Shown here one piece after another: positions 50,032 to 59,791 of a DNA stretch of 64,000 nucleotides. Both the position numbers and the translations under genes were made by a program. This DNA comes from Azonexus sp. (lineage in GTDB: Bacteria > Pseudomonadota > Gammaproteobacteria > Burkholderiales > Rhodocyclaceae): contig JAXMJE010000124.1 of assembly GCA_034376845.1 (NCBI GenBank), positions 14,309 through 78,308 on the forward strand, in the 5' to 3' direction. The notes below the pieces were generated by a model. That model ran no database searches, was not told the origin of the DNA, and saw only the letters and a list, made by a program, of their open reading frames with translations. How positions within the stretch are numbered: the stretch's first letter is position 1; each line of letters opens with the position of its first letter.

Positions 50032-51743
50032 GGTTGCAGCTTTTTGAGGGCGCTATTGATCACTTCGTTGTCAGGGAATTGTTTGGCTGCTTCTTTTAGC
50101 GTGCGTCGGGCGTCGTTCTGGCGCCCCATTGCCGCCAGCACTTCGCTCAGGTGGGCGGCGATTTCGGGGTCGGCTTTGAGCTTGTAGGCGTTTTCAAGCG
50201 TTTTCAGGGATTCCGGCAACTCGCCCTGGCGGAAAAGTACCCAGCCCAGGCTGTCCATAATGAAGGGGTCGTCTGGCATCAACTTCAAGGCCTGGGTAAT
50301 AAGTTCGCGGGCTTCGACGAGGCGGATGTTGCGTTCGGCCAGCGAATAGCCCAGCGCGTTCAGGGCGTGGGCGTGATCCGGCTGGAGTGTGAGCAGGTGT
50401 TTGAGGTGGGTTTCAAGAATCTCCGGTTTGCCGATACGTTCAGCATTGAGTGCTGTTTCGTAAAGCAGCTCCGGATTGTCCGGCTGACTGGTGAGGGCGG
50501 TTTCGAGGACGATGAAAGCATCGTTCTGGCGCCCGGCTTCACGCAGCAATTGGGATTCCGCAAGAAGCAATTGCGTTTGCTCGACCGGGTTGTTGCTGCG
50601 CGTAGTGCGGAGCAGGGCGAGCGCCTCATCTGTCTTGCCTTGTTGCAGGAGAATTTGTGCGGCGCGTGAGCGGGCGGCGATGTATTGATTTCCGCTTGAA
50701 ACCTGCTGATAGTGTTCAAGCGCCGCAGCGGGTTTTTTTTGTTCCTGCTCGAGCTGACCGAGAAAAAAGTGCACGGTGCTTTTGTCCGGGTAGTCCGTGC
50801 TCAGTAGTTTTTCCAGCTGGGTTCGGCCTGTCTCGGTGTCGCCCTGTTGCAAAGCCAGCATGGCCACCGGGTAGATGACGTCCGGATTGTCCGGGTTGTC
50901 CTTGATCAGCCGCTCAAAATGCTTGCGTGATTCGTTGAACTGTTTTTCGCTGATGTAGAGTCGAGCCAGGGTCAGGCGGGCATCGTGGGCATTTGGGTTG
51001 CGCCTGACGAAATCGCTCAGGCTGTCGATGGCGGTTTGGCTCGAATGCTTGGCTTGCAACTGAGCGCGGGCAAGTGCGGCGGTTTCCCAATCCGGGCGCA
51101 GGAGCAGGGCTTTTTCAGTTTCGCTGAGGGCGCGCAAGGTGTCGCCCGCATTGGCGGCGGCCTGGGCCATGGCAAAGTGGGCTTCGGGCAGCATGTCATA
51201 GGGCGCGGCCACGCGGTCAACCAGTGTTTGGATGGCTTTTTTGTCAGTATGGCGCGCCAGCATACGGTTTAGCTGCAGTAGGTTGGCGCCAATGTTGGGT
51301 TTGTCTTGTTCGAGAACGCTGGCAAGTTGCGGCGCCAGATCGTCGATGCGATTGGTCGTGATGAGCAGGGATGATTGCAACTGCCGGGCCTTTACGGAGT
51401 CCGGTTCTACTTCCAGCCAGAGCGTGGTCAGTGCCAGTGCACGGTCGTGCTGGCGGGCCAGGCTGGCGACCTCGGCGGCGCGGGCAATCACTTTTGGGTC
51501 GCGAGTGCGCTGGGCAAGGTCGGACCACGCATCGACACCCAGTTTGATCTCACCCCGTTGCAGCGCAAACTCGCCGAGCAGTGACTGAAAAACCGTGCGC
51601 GCCAAAATGTTTTCCGCCGCTACCCGTGGGCTGGCATGCTTGGCGGGCGCTTTCGCCGGGGTTTCACCGGCAGCCATAGTGAGTCCGCTATGGGTTAAAG
51701 CCAGTGCCAGGGTCAGGGCGGTGGCGGTGAGCTTCGGTTGCAT
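50028..51743 (-). CDS. Exported tetratricopeptide repeat protein
   Basis: Signal peptide, ALNALGYSLA, DSLGWV, EIAAHL; upstream of lolB. Confidence 0.9.
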   Translation of the reverse strand: MQPKLTATALTLALALTHSGLTMAAGETPAKAPAKHASPRVAAENILARTVFQSLLGEFALQRGEIKLGVDAWSDLAQRTRDPKVIARAAEVASLARQHDRALALTTLWLEVEPDSVKARQLQSSLLITTNRIDDLAPQLASVLEQDKPNIGANLLQLNRMLARHTDKKAIQTLVDRVAAPYDMLPEAHFAMAQAAANAGDTLRALSETEKALLLRPDWETAALARAQLQAKHSSQTAIDSLSDFVRRNPNAHDARLTLARLYISEKQFNESRKHFERLIKDNPDNPDVIYPVAMLALQQGDTETGRTQLEKLLSTDYPDKSTVHFFLGQLEQEQKKPAAALEHYQQVSSGNQYIAARSRAAQILLQQGKTDEALALLRTTRSNNPVEQTQLLLAESQLLREAGRQNDAFIVLETALTSQPDNPELLYETALNAERIGKPEILETHLKHLLTLQPDHAHALNALGYSLAERNIRLVEARELITQALKLMPDDPFIMDSLGWVLFRQGELPESLKTLENAYKLKADPEIAAHLSEVLAAMGRQNDARRTLKEAAKQFPDNEVINSALKKLQP

Positions 51744-51843
51744 GGTGGGCTTTCGGTCGATGATGCGGATTGGAGCGCATAAAATCAGATAAGTTTGTGA
51801 TGTTATTTGGGATTGATGGGCGGGACAAGCGGAGGAATGTGTA

Positions 51844-52677
51844 ATGCCGGAGTTGCCGGAGGTTGAAGTTTGTCGGCGTGGCTTGGCCCCCGTGCTGGAA
51901 GGGGGGCAAATTGAGGGGGTGGTGATCCGGGCGCCAAAGCTGCGCCAGGTGATTCCGCCGGAGCTGGCGAACCTGTTGCCGGGTTGCCGGATCAGCACCG
52001 TTCGGCGGCGCGGCAAGTATCTTTTGCTGGATTGCCGCCGGCCGGGCGTTGAAGGGTGTCTGATTATTCATCTCGGCATGTCGGGCAATCTGCGCTTTGT
52101 GCCGTCTGACCTGGCGCCAGGCAAGCACGATCATTTCGATCTGGTGCTGGCTGATCAGGTTTTGCGTTTTAACGATCCACGGCGCTTTGGAGTTGTTGTA
52201 TGGCAAGCCGGCCCGCCCGAGGCGGCTGAGTTGCATCCGCTGCTGGCGACACAGGGCATTGAGCCGTTATCCGACAACTTTACGGTCGACTGGATTTTTG
52301 CGGCAAATTCCCGGCGCAGCGGTCCGATCAAGCCGGTTTTGATGGATAGCCATTCGGTGGTCGGTATTGGCAATATCTACGCTTCAGAAAGCTTGTTTCG
52401 CGCCGGTATTTCACCCTTGCGCGCCGCCAACCGGATCAGCCGGGCGCGTTACGCCTTGCTGGTCGATGCCATTCGGCAAACGCTGTCGGATGCCATAGCG
52501 GCGGGCGGCAGCAGTATTCGGGATTACGTGCACAGCGACGGCGGGGCGGGCTGGTTCCAGATTCAGGTCGGCGTTTATGGCCGCGCCGGTGAGCCTTGTT
52601 TGCGTTGTGGCGCGGTGGTTAAGCAGGTTCGGCAAGCCGGGCGCAGCACTTTTTATTGCCCTGGCTGCCAGCATTGA
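51844..52677 (+). CDS. mutM: Formamidopyrimidine-DNA glycosylase
   Basis: MPELPEVE, HLGMSG, GIGNIYASE, C-terminal zinc finger. Confidence 0.97.
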   Translation: MPELPEVEVCRRGLAPVLEGGQIEGVVIRAPKLRQVIPPELANLLPGCRISTVRRRGKYLLLDCRRPGVEGCLIIHLGMSGNLRFVPSDLAPGKHDHFDLVLADQVLRFNDPRRFGVVVWQAGPPEAAELHPLLATQGIEPLSDNFTVDWIFAANSRRSGPIKPVLMDSHSVVGIGNIYASESLFRAGISPLRAANRISRARYALLVDAIRQTLSDAIAAGGSSIRDYVHSDGGAGWFQIQVGVYGRAGEPCLRCGAVVKQVRQAGRSTFYCPGCQH

Positions 52678-52797
52678 ACCTGGAAACCCCAGGTCTTCAA
52701 CCGAGCTTTCCAGTTGAGATTTACCGCTTGAATTCTGGCTGCAAGCCTCTGTTTCTATGCTAGATTGAAAAATTCAAAAGCATTCACGGTGTCAGAT

Positions 52798-54750
52798 ATG
52801 TCGCTCGCCAATCAATTCGCCGCCTACACCGCCTGGCGCTCTCGTCTTTCCTCGCACATTGGCGAATTTCAGGGCTGGCTTAACAGGAATGAGTTGTCGG
52901 ATGCTCAAACTGATTTGCGCCTGACGCAGTTGCTTGAGCGACTGCGCGAAGATCGCCTGAATGTTGCCTTTGTCGCCGAGTTTTCACGCGGTAAATCAGA
53001 GCTGATCAATGCCATTTTCTTCGCCGATTATGGCAACCGGATGCTGCCTTCCTCAGCCGGTCGCACGACGATGTGCCCGACCGAGCTGTTGTTTGACGCG
53101 AGCAAGCGGCCGTGTATCGAATTGCTGCCGATTCAGACCCGCGCGACCAATTCCGGGGTGATTGAATACAAGAGCTTTCCCGAGGAATGGACTGCCGTGC
53201 CGCTCGATACCGAGTCGCCGAATGGTATGCAGGATGCGCTGAGCCACGTCAGCGAAACAACTCGCGTGACCTCCGAAGAGGCCGCGCGGCTGGGTTTTGA
53301 GGTCGGCCAGGGCGATGCCGAGTTGTACCGGGTCGGTGAGGACGGTCTGGTGGAAGTGCCGCGCTGGCGCCACGCGATGATCAATTTTCCGCATCCGCTG
53401 CTCAAACAGGGCCTGGTCATTCTCGATACGCCGGGCCTGAACGCGATTGGTGCCGAGCCGGAACTGACCTTGTCGCAATTGCCCAGTGCCCACGCTGTGC
53501 TATTCATTCTTGCCGCCGATACCGGCGTAACGCAGTCCGATCTGGCGATCTGGAAGGAACACATTTGCGGTGGCGGTACGCCGAAGCGCGGCCGTATGGT
53601 GGTGATGAACAAGATTGATGGCCAATGGGACGAGCTGAAAACGCACGTTGAAATTGACGCCGAGATTCAGAAACAGGCGGCCAGTTGCGCCAGAATTCTG
53701 GCGTTGCCGACGAGTCAGATTTTCCCGGTTTCGGCGCAAAAAGGGCTGGTCGCCAAAATCAATGGTGACAACACCTTGCTGGAACGGAGCCGTTTGCCGC
53801 GCCTTGAGTCGGCGCTGTCCGAAGAGCTGATTCCCGCCAAGCGTGACATTGTTTGTGAAAATACCGAGAGTGAGTTCGGTGATGTCAGTCGCCGCGTGCG
53901 CGGCCTGCTCGAATCCCGCCTGGCCGGCCTGCGCGAACAATTGACCGAACTGACTGAATTGCGCGGCAAAAACAAGGGTGTGGTCGAATACATGATGGGC
54001 AAGGTGCGCGCTGAAAAGGATGAGTTTGAATCCGGTCTGCAACGTTATTACGCCGTGCGCAGCGTCTTTTCGACACTGACCAACAATCTGTTCAGCCATC
54101 TTGGTTTGGACAGCCTGCGCCAATTGACCCACGAAACGCGCGAAACCATGCTTGATGCCGCATTCTCCAAAACGTTGTCCGAGGCTATGGCGACCTACTT
54201 CGGGCGTTCTCGCGAAGCGCTAACCAGGTCAAATAGTGAAATCAACGAAATTCTTTCGATGATGGCGGCGGTCTACAAGAAATTTGCGGTTGAGCACGGC
54301 CTCAAGCTCGGAGCGCCAACCGCCTTTTCGCTGCTGCGCTATGAAAAAGAGCTTGACCGCCTGCAGGCCTGGTGTGATTCGCATTTGAATACGATGGTCA
54401 GTCTGTTGACGACGGACAAGAAACACATCACGCAAAAATTCTTCGAGGAAGTGGCGGTTCAGGTGCGTCGCGCCTTCGAGCACGCCAACAAGGATGCCGA
54501 GATCTGGCTGCGCGCGATTATGGCGCCGATGGAAACGCAGGTGCGTGAGCACCAGATTCAGCTGAAACGTCGTCTGGAAAGCATCAAGCGTATCCATCAG
54601 GCGACCGATACGCTGGAAGACCGGATTGCCGAACTGGACAATGTCGAAAAAAATCTGTTGCAACAAATTCAGTCACTTGAAGATATTGCCGGCCGGGTTC
54701 GGGAAATGCTGCTGCCGCTTGATGTCCAGCAGGAACTCGAGGCTGCTTGA
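52798..54750 (+). CDS. Bacterial dynamin-like GTPase
   Basis: AEFSRGKS (G1), GRTT, DTPGLN (G3), NKID (G4), coiled-coil C-terminus. Confidence 0.88.
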   Translation: MSLANQFAAYTAWRSRLSSHIGEFQGWLNRNELSDAQTDLRLTQLLERLREDRLNVAFVAEFSRGKSELINAIFFADYGNRMLPSSAGRTTMCPTELLFDASKRPCIELLPIQTRATNSGVIEYKSFPEEWTAVPLDTESPNGMQDALSHVSETTRVTSEEAARLGFEVGQGDAELYRVGEDGLVEVPRWRHAMINFPHPLLKQGLVILDTPGLNAIGAEPELTLSQLPSAHAVLFILAADTGVTQSDLAIWKEHICGGGTPKRGRMVVMNKIDGQWDELKTHVEIDAEIQKQAASCARILALPTSQIFPVSAQKGLVAKINGDNTLLERSRLPRLESALSEELIPAKRDIVCENTESEFGDVSRRVRGLLESRLAGLREQLTELTELRGKNKGVVEYMMGKVRAEKDEFESGLQRYYAVRSVFSTLTNNLFSHLGLDSLRQLTHETRETMLDAAFSKTLSEAMATYFGRSREALTRSNSEINEILSMMAAVYKKFAVEHGLKLGAPTAFSLLRYEKELDRLQAWCDSHLNTMVSLLTTDKKHITQKFFEEVAVQVRRAFEHANKDAEIWLRAIMAPMETQVREHQIQLKRRLESIKRIHQATDTLEDRIAELDNVEKNLLQQIQSLEDIAGRVREMLLPLDVQQELEAA

Positions 54751-54817
54751 GTCATTGGCTTTTTGCTATTGCCTGCGTCCGGCTGGGCGTGCATCTCCGG
54801 GTATTTTTTGCACACCG

Positions 54818-55327
54818 ATGACGCTGTTTCTGATTGCTGCCTTGTGCTTTGCGGCGGCTATTCCGTCAGCCATTGCCGCAACGCCTGGCGAAGTATTGGT
54901 CGGTCAGGTGTTGCGCGATAGCGTGATGCAGGGTTTGAATGGGCCATCCCGGAGATTCTCGGATTTTCGCGGCAAGCCTCTGATTATCAATGTCTGGGCG
55001 AGTTGGTGCGGCCCGTGCCGCGAGGAAATGGCCTCTCTGGAACGTTTGGCGAAAAGTCCCGGCGGCAAGGGGTTTCAGGTGCTGGGTATTTCGACCGATG
55101 ATTATCCGGAGCGTGCAATGGCGTTGTTGATCCGGAAGAAAATCACTTTCGAGAACTTCGTCGACCAGCGCCTGGTGCTGGAAAACATGCTCGGGGCCAA
55201 TCGAATTCCGCTCACTTTGCTGGTCGATGCCGAAGGCCGTGTCTTGGTCAAACACTACGGTGCTGTTGAGTGGGATAGTCCGGAAATAATGGCTTTGATC
55301 GCGCAAACCTTTCGTCGGTCAAAGTGA
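54818..55327 (+). CDS. TlpA-like disulfide reductase
   Basis: Signal peptide, NVWASWCGPCREEM. Confidence 0.9.
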   Translation: MTLFLIAALCFAAAIPSAIAATPGEVLVGQVLRDSVMQGLNGPSRRFSDFRGKPLIINVWASWCGPCREEMASLERLAKSPGGKGFQVLGISTDDYPERAMALLIRKKITFENFVDQRLVLENMLGANRIPLTLLVDAEGRVLVKHYGAVEWDSPEIMALIAQTFRRSK

Positions 55328-56980
55328 GGATTTGAAGCGCACGCCGCGTCTTTGCATCACTCGTTCTGCCGCCAGTACGCCGCGATATTGTGCTTCCTCA
55401 AATAAGGAAAATCCGGAAAGGTCGGCATGCGCCAGCGTGATGCGCCGGCTATGAAATTCGGCCAGTTTTTCGCGTTGAGCATCCGGCCAGCCGTTGCCGC
55501 CGTTCGTTGGCCAAAGGCTGCCCGGTACCGGCCGGCGCATGGCGTGGCCGTTGCGGAAAATATCGAGGCGGGTGGTCAGGCGGCGGATATCGGGATGAAC
55601 GCCTTCAAGTTCGCTCAGGATGCCTTCAGCCCAGGCTTCGCGTGGTGTTTCGAGCAGCAGGCGGCGGCCTGCTGCGGGCGACACGTCATGCAGGGCACGG
55701 TAGTAGGTGAATACTGTGCCGCTCAACTGGCGGCGGATTAGCTGGTGAGTGGCGACGACGTAGCCGAGGCCCGGGCTGTCGTAGAGAACGTTGTCCCAGG
55801 CGGCCGGAGCGCCTTGGCGTTCTTCGGGGAAGTCGGACAAATGCAGATTGGCGGTGAGCCAGGGGGCGTAGTCGCCGGCCTGCGCGGCGGCTTTGAGCTG
55901 GCCTGGCATGGTGGGCCAGACGCGCGGCAGGACAAAAGCCGGCGCGGCCCAGATTAATTGTTGGGCTTCGAAACGCACGGTTTTTGCCCCGAAAAGCACG
56001 TCGACCGCAACCGTCGCTTTTCCCTCTTCGATGCGCCAGACCAGGGCATCGCTCAGGATGCGTCCGGCCGCTTTCCGGGCCAGGCCACGGGCCAGCCAGG
56101 CGTTGCCTTCTGGTGCAGTGAGCACGCTGTCGCTGGCCGCGTTGGCCGCTTCGCCATTGCGGCAGGCAAAGTAATGCAGCCCGGCCCAGGCTGAGGTTTG
56201 GTCGTGCGCCATCCCGTAATCGTCGCGGCAGGCGTAGTTGGCCAGCCAGTGGATGGTTGGTGCGGTGAATCCGTGGTCGTTCAGCCATTGGCTGAAAGAA
56301 ATGCGGTCGAGTGCCCGCCAGGCCGGGTCCTGGCTGGAGAGTGCCATCGGGATGGCAAAGGCGCGGCGGCCATCGCTGCCTCGGGCCTGTTTGAATGCTT
56401 CCATGTGGGCGTGGAAGCGGTTTTGTTGATCACGTTCGGCCGGATCGAGGCCGCGCTGGGGCTGCAAACCTTCATCCCACAGGCCGTTGCGATAGACGCG
56501 TTCCTGTGGTGTGGCGCACAGGTAACGCTCGTCGTAGCTTGGCCGGGCGGCATTCGGGTCGCCTTGCAGGACGCCAAGTTCAGCTAATAATTCACGTACG
56601 GCAGTCGATTCGCGACTCGGTAGTGGCAAGTAGTGCGCGCCCCACGGGTAGGCGACGAGCGGACTTTGTCCGGCGCGGGAATTGCCGCCTGGCGCGCTTT
56701 CCATTTCGAGTACTAAAAAGTCGTCGACCGCAGCATTTGCCAGCTTCCAGGCGGCAGAGAGGCCGGAGATGCCGCAGCCGACAATCAGCACGCCGGTTTG
56801 GCGAGTTTCGGAGGGGGGCGGAAAACCGCCGTCACGCAAACGGTGGCCCAGCGTGTGGGCCATGCCGAGCAGTTCGCCGGGCGGTAGGGGTGGTTTGCCG
56901 CCGGGCAGACAACCGGCGAGGGCCGCGGTGCCCACTGTTAAAAGGAAATCGCGACGGTTGATGCCGCTGGCTGATTTCAT
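55319..56980 (-). CDS. Tat-exported FAD-dependent (amine) oxidoreductase
   Basis: NRRDFL + LAGC; GCGISGLSAAW; GGNS; PWGAHYLP; GHAM; DLSGFSLFEEA. Confidence 0.88.
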   Translation of the reverse strand: MKSASGINRRDFLLTVGTAALAGCLPGGKPPLPPGELLGMAHTLGHRLRDGGFPPPSETRQTGVLIVGCGISGLSAAWKLANAAVDDFLVLEMESAPGGNSRAGQSPLVAYPWGAHYLPLPSRESTAVRELLAELGVLQGDPNAARPSYDERYLCATPQERVYRNGLWDEGLQPQRGLDPAERDQQNRFHAHMEAFKQARGSDGRRAFAIPMALSSQDPAWRALDRISFSQWLNDHGFTAPTIHWLANYACRDDYGMAHDQTSAWAGLHYFACRNGEAANAASDSVLTAPEGNAWLARGLARKAAGRILSDALVWRIEEGKATVAVDVLFGAKTVRFEAQQLIWAAPAFVLPRVWPTMPGQLKAAAQAGDYAPWLTANLHLSDFPEERQGAPAAWDNVLYDSPGLGYVVATHQLIRRQLSGTVFTYYRALHDVSPAAGRRLLLETPREAWAEGILSELEGVHPDIRRLTTRLDIFRNGHAMRRPVPGSLWPTNGGNGWPDAQREKLAEFHSRRITLAHADLSGFSLFEEAQYRGVLAAERVMQRRGVRFKSSL

Positions 56981-57028
56981 GGCGCCCAGGTCGGCCGGAA
57001 GATGGTTTGGCTCGGTGTCTGGCGGCGC

Positions 57029-57928
57029 TTAGTCAAACTTGCGCAGGGAGAGGCTGACCGAAAGTTGCGCGCCGATCCAGCCGAGCAGGGCACCGGCGCC
57101 GGCTAAGGAAGCGACTTCGCGCCATCCCGGACTACGTAAACTGAAGCTGCCGCCGTAAAGACCAGCCAGATCACCGACTGGCCCGGCCAGCAGGCGCAGC
57201 GCGCCGAGCACCAGCGCAGCGGCGAGCAGGCCGCCGAGCGCGCCTTGCAGAGCACCGAAATAGTAAAAAGGTCGGCGAATGAAGGCGTCGGTGGCGCCAA
57301 TAATCCGGGCCAATTCGATTTCAGCCGCCTGCGCCATGACCTGCAGGCGAATGGTGTTGAAGGTGACGGCGACCAGCCCGGCGGCAAAAATACCGGCCAG
57401 CATCCAGAGTGCCATTCGCCCCAGTTTGAGGAAGGCGTCGAAGCGCTTGACCCAGGCCGAGTCGAGCTGGACGTGGGCGACCTTCGGCCAGCTGGCGATT
57501 TCCTTGCGGAGCACTTCCAGCGCTTCCGGTTCGACATTGTCTGGCTCGACAATAAAAGCATCCGGCAGCGGATTGCGCGGCAGGCTGGCGACAATTTCGG
57601 CCATGCCTTCACTCGCCTGCATGCGCTTGAGCGCGGCCTCTTTCGGTACGAAGTGCCATTTGTCGGTGGTCGCCTGCTTTAGTCGGCGCTCGATTTCGCC
57701 GACCTCATTTTTGCTGGCATCAAGATCCATGAAGAGGCTGATCTGCTGGACACCCGAGGCGCTGCGGCCGAGTTCGCGCAGGTTGTCGAGCATGACGTAA
57801 CCGAAGCCGGGCAGGGTCAGGGCAATGCCGATGACGAGCAGCGAGAGCAACGTATTCAGCGGTGTGGCCGAAAGGCGGCGAAAAGCCGAGCTGATGGCAG
57901 CTCGGTGCTGGGCGAGCCAGGCGTTCAT
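57029..57928 (-). CDS. ftsX: Cell division permease FtsX
   Basis: IALTLP, NPLPDAF, NTIRL, GATDAFIRRPF. Confidence 0.95.
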   Translation of the reverse strand: MNAWLAQHRAAISSAFRRLSATPLNTLLSLLVIGIALTLPGFGYVMLDNLRELGRSASGVQQISLFMDLDASKNEVGEIERRLKQATTDKWHFVPKEAALKRMQASEGMAEIVASLPRNPLPDAFIVEPDNVEPEALEVLRKEIASWPKVAHVQLDSAWVKRFDAFLKLGRMALWMLAGIFAAGLVAVTFNTIRLQVMAQAAEIELARIIGATDAFIRRPFYYFGALQGALGGLLAAALVLGALRLLAGPVGDLAGLYGGSFSLRSPGWREVASLAGAGALLGWIGAQLSVSLSLRKFD

Positions 57929-58575
57929 AGCAGCCTCCCGTGATCGAGGTGCAGGACATTCGGGTGGTAGCGATTGATCCAGTTCTGGTCGTGAGTGGCG
58001 ATCACCACGGTGACGCCGACTTGATGGAAAGCCACGAAAAGTTCGAGGATTTGGGTGGCCGATTCAGTATCAAGATTGCCGGTGGGTTCATCGGCGAGCA
58101 GCACGGTGGGGCGATTGACCACGGCACGGGCAATCGCCAGACGTTGCTGTTCGCCGCCGGAGAGGGCGATCGGCAGCGCTTTTTCGCGGTTCAGCAGGCC
58201 GACTTTGTCGAGCGCCGCCTGGGCGCGGCGAATGGCGTCACGGCGCGGCAGGCCGACGATTTGCAGGGGCAACAAAACGTTGTCGAGAACGCTGCGGTCG
58301 AAGAGCAGTTTTTGATCCTGAAAAACCAGCCCGAAATGCCGGCGCAGGTAGGGAATGGCGCTGCGGCGCAGGGCCGAGAGATTCTGGCCGTTAACTACCA
58401 GGCTACCGCTGGTGGGCCGCTCCATCGAGGCGATCAGCTTGACCAGCGTCGTCTTGCCGGCGCCGGAATGGCCGGTAATGAAGACCATCTGGCCGGCGGA
58501 AATCTCGAAGCTGACATCTTTGATGGCATCAAAGCCGCCGGGATAGCGCTTGGTCAGGTTGCTGGCAACGATCAT
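57925..58575 (-). CDS. ftsE: Cell division ATP-binding protein FtsE
   Basis: [29 protein letters not shown]. Confidence 0.96.
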   Translation of the reverse strand: MIVASNLTKRYPGGFDAIKDVSFEISAGQMVFITGHSGAGKTTLVKLIASMERPTSGSLVVNGQNLSALRRSAIPYLRRHFGLVFQDQKLLFDRSVLDNVLLPLQIVGLPRRDAIRRAQAALDKVGLLNREKALPIALSGGEQQRLAIARAVVNRPTVLLADEPTGNLDTESATQILELFVAFHQVGVTVVIATHDQNWINRYHPNVLHLDHGRLL

Positions 58576-58699
58576 TTTTTAGTCGGTAGTTGTTAGTCGG
58601 AAGTCGGTAGTCGGAAGTCGGAAGTGTGGGAGAGGGTTGGCTAGCAGCTAATGACTGGCAGCTAATGACTGGCAGCTAATGACTAGCAGCTAGCGACTA
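58576..58699 (-). repeat. Heptamer inverted-repeat element (empty) between ftsY and ftsE
   Basis: mRNA sense TAG tcgctag ctgctag tcattag ctgccag tcattag ctgccag tcattag ctgctag - 16 nt - cttccga cttccga ctaccga cttccga ctaacaa ctaccga ctaaaaa ATG. Confidence 0.92.
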
Positions 58700-59671
58700 T
58701 TCAAACAAGGCGTCAACAAAGTCTTTGGCGGCGAAGGGGCGCAGGTCGTCGATTTGCTCGCCGACGCCGATGAAGCGGATGGGTTTGGGGCATTGCCGGG
58801 CAATCGCCGCAATGACGCCACCTTTGGCCGAGCCGTCGAGCTTGGTGACGACCAGACCGGTGACGTGGATGGCCTTGTCGAAAGCGCGGACTTGCTGCAG
58901 CGCGTTCTGGCCGATATTGGCGTCGAGCACCAGTAGCGTTTCGTGCGGGCCGGACGGGTCGATTTTTTTGATGACGCGGCTTACCTTGGCAATTTCTTCC
59001 ATCAGATGCAGTTGTGTCGGCAGGCGGCCGGCGGTGTCGGCCAGCACAATGTCGATGCCACGGGCCTTGGCGGCGGAAATGGCGTCGAAAATCACCGCCG
59101 CCGGGTCGCCGTTCTCTTGGGCGATGACGGTGATGTTGTTGCGCTGGCCCCAGACTTCGAGCTGCTCACGCGCCGCAGCGCGGAAAGTGTCGCCAGCGGC
59201 GAGCAGGACGCTCTTGCCCTGGCTCTGGTAGTAATGGGCCAGCTTGCCGATCGAGGTGGTCTTGCCGGCGCCATTGACGCCTGCCATCATGATGACGAAA
59301 GGCTTGTGGCCACTGACGTCAAGTGGCTGTTCAAGGGGCTGCAGCGTGGCGAGCAGGGCATCGGCCAGGGCTTTCTGGATGGCTTCCGGGGTATCCAGTT
59401 TGTCGCGCTTGGCGGCTTTTTTCAGCTCGTCGAGCAGGTGCGTGGTCGCTTCGATACCGACATCGCTGGTCAGCAGCAGGCTTTCCAACTCTTCGAGCAG
59501 TTCGTCATCAACCTTGCCGCGTGAAAAGAGCGTTTTGAGCTTGCCGCCGAGTTGGGCCCGGGTTTTGGCCAGGCCTTTGAACAGGCGCTCGCGCCAGGAT
59601 GGTTTGGCGACTGCGGCAACCGGGGCTTCCGCCTTGGCATCGGGGGCGGATTTTTTGAGGAAACTGAACAT
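58697..59671 (-). CDS. ftsY: Signal recognition particle receptor FtsY
   Basis: GVNGAGKTT, DTFRAAA, DTAGR, TKLDGSAKGG. Confidence 0.97.
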   Translation of the reverse strand: MFSFLKKSAPDAKAEAPVAAVAKPSWRERLFKGLAKTRAQLGGKLKTLFSRGKVDDELLEELESLLLTSDVGIEATTHLLDELKKAAKRDKLDTPEAIQKALADALLATLQPLEQPLDVSGHKPFVIMMAGVNGAGKTTSIGKLAHYYQSQGKSVLLAAGDTFRAAAREQLEVWGQRNNITVIAQENGDPAAVIFDAISAAKARGIDIVLADTAGRLPTQLHLMEEIAKVSRVIKKIDPSGPHETLLVLDANIGQNALQQVRAFDKAIHVTGLVVTKLDGSAKGGVIAAIARQCPKPIRFIGVGEQIDDLRPFAAKDFVDALFE

Positions 59672-59791
59672 GGGGAATGGGGTCTCAGGTCAAGCTGACA
59701 GGCGAGCGGCAAGTCGTTAAGATGCGACTCGGATCGATGCGAAATTGATCCGGATTTTAGCAGAAAGACCTCAAAGAGAGCCCCATTTCCC

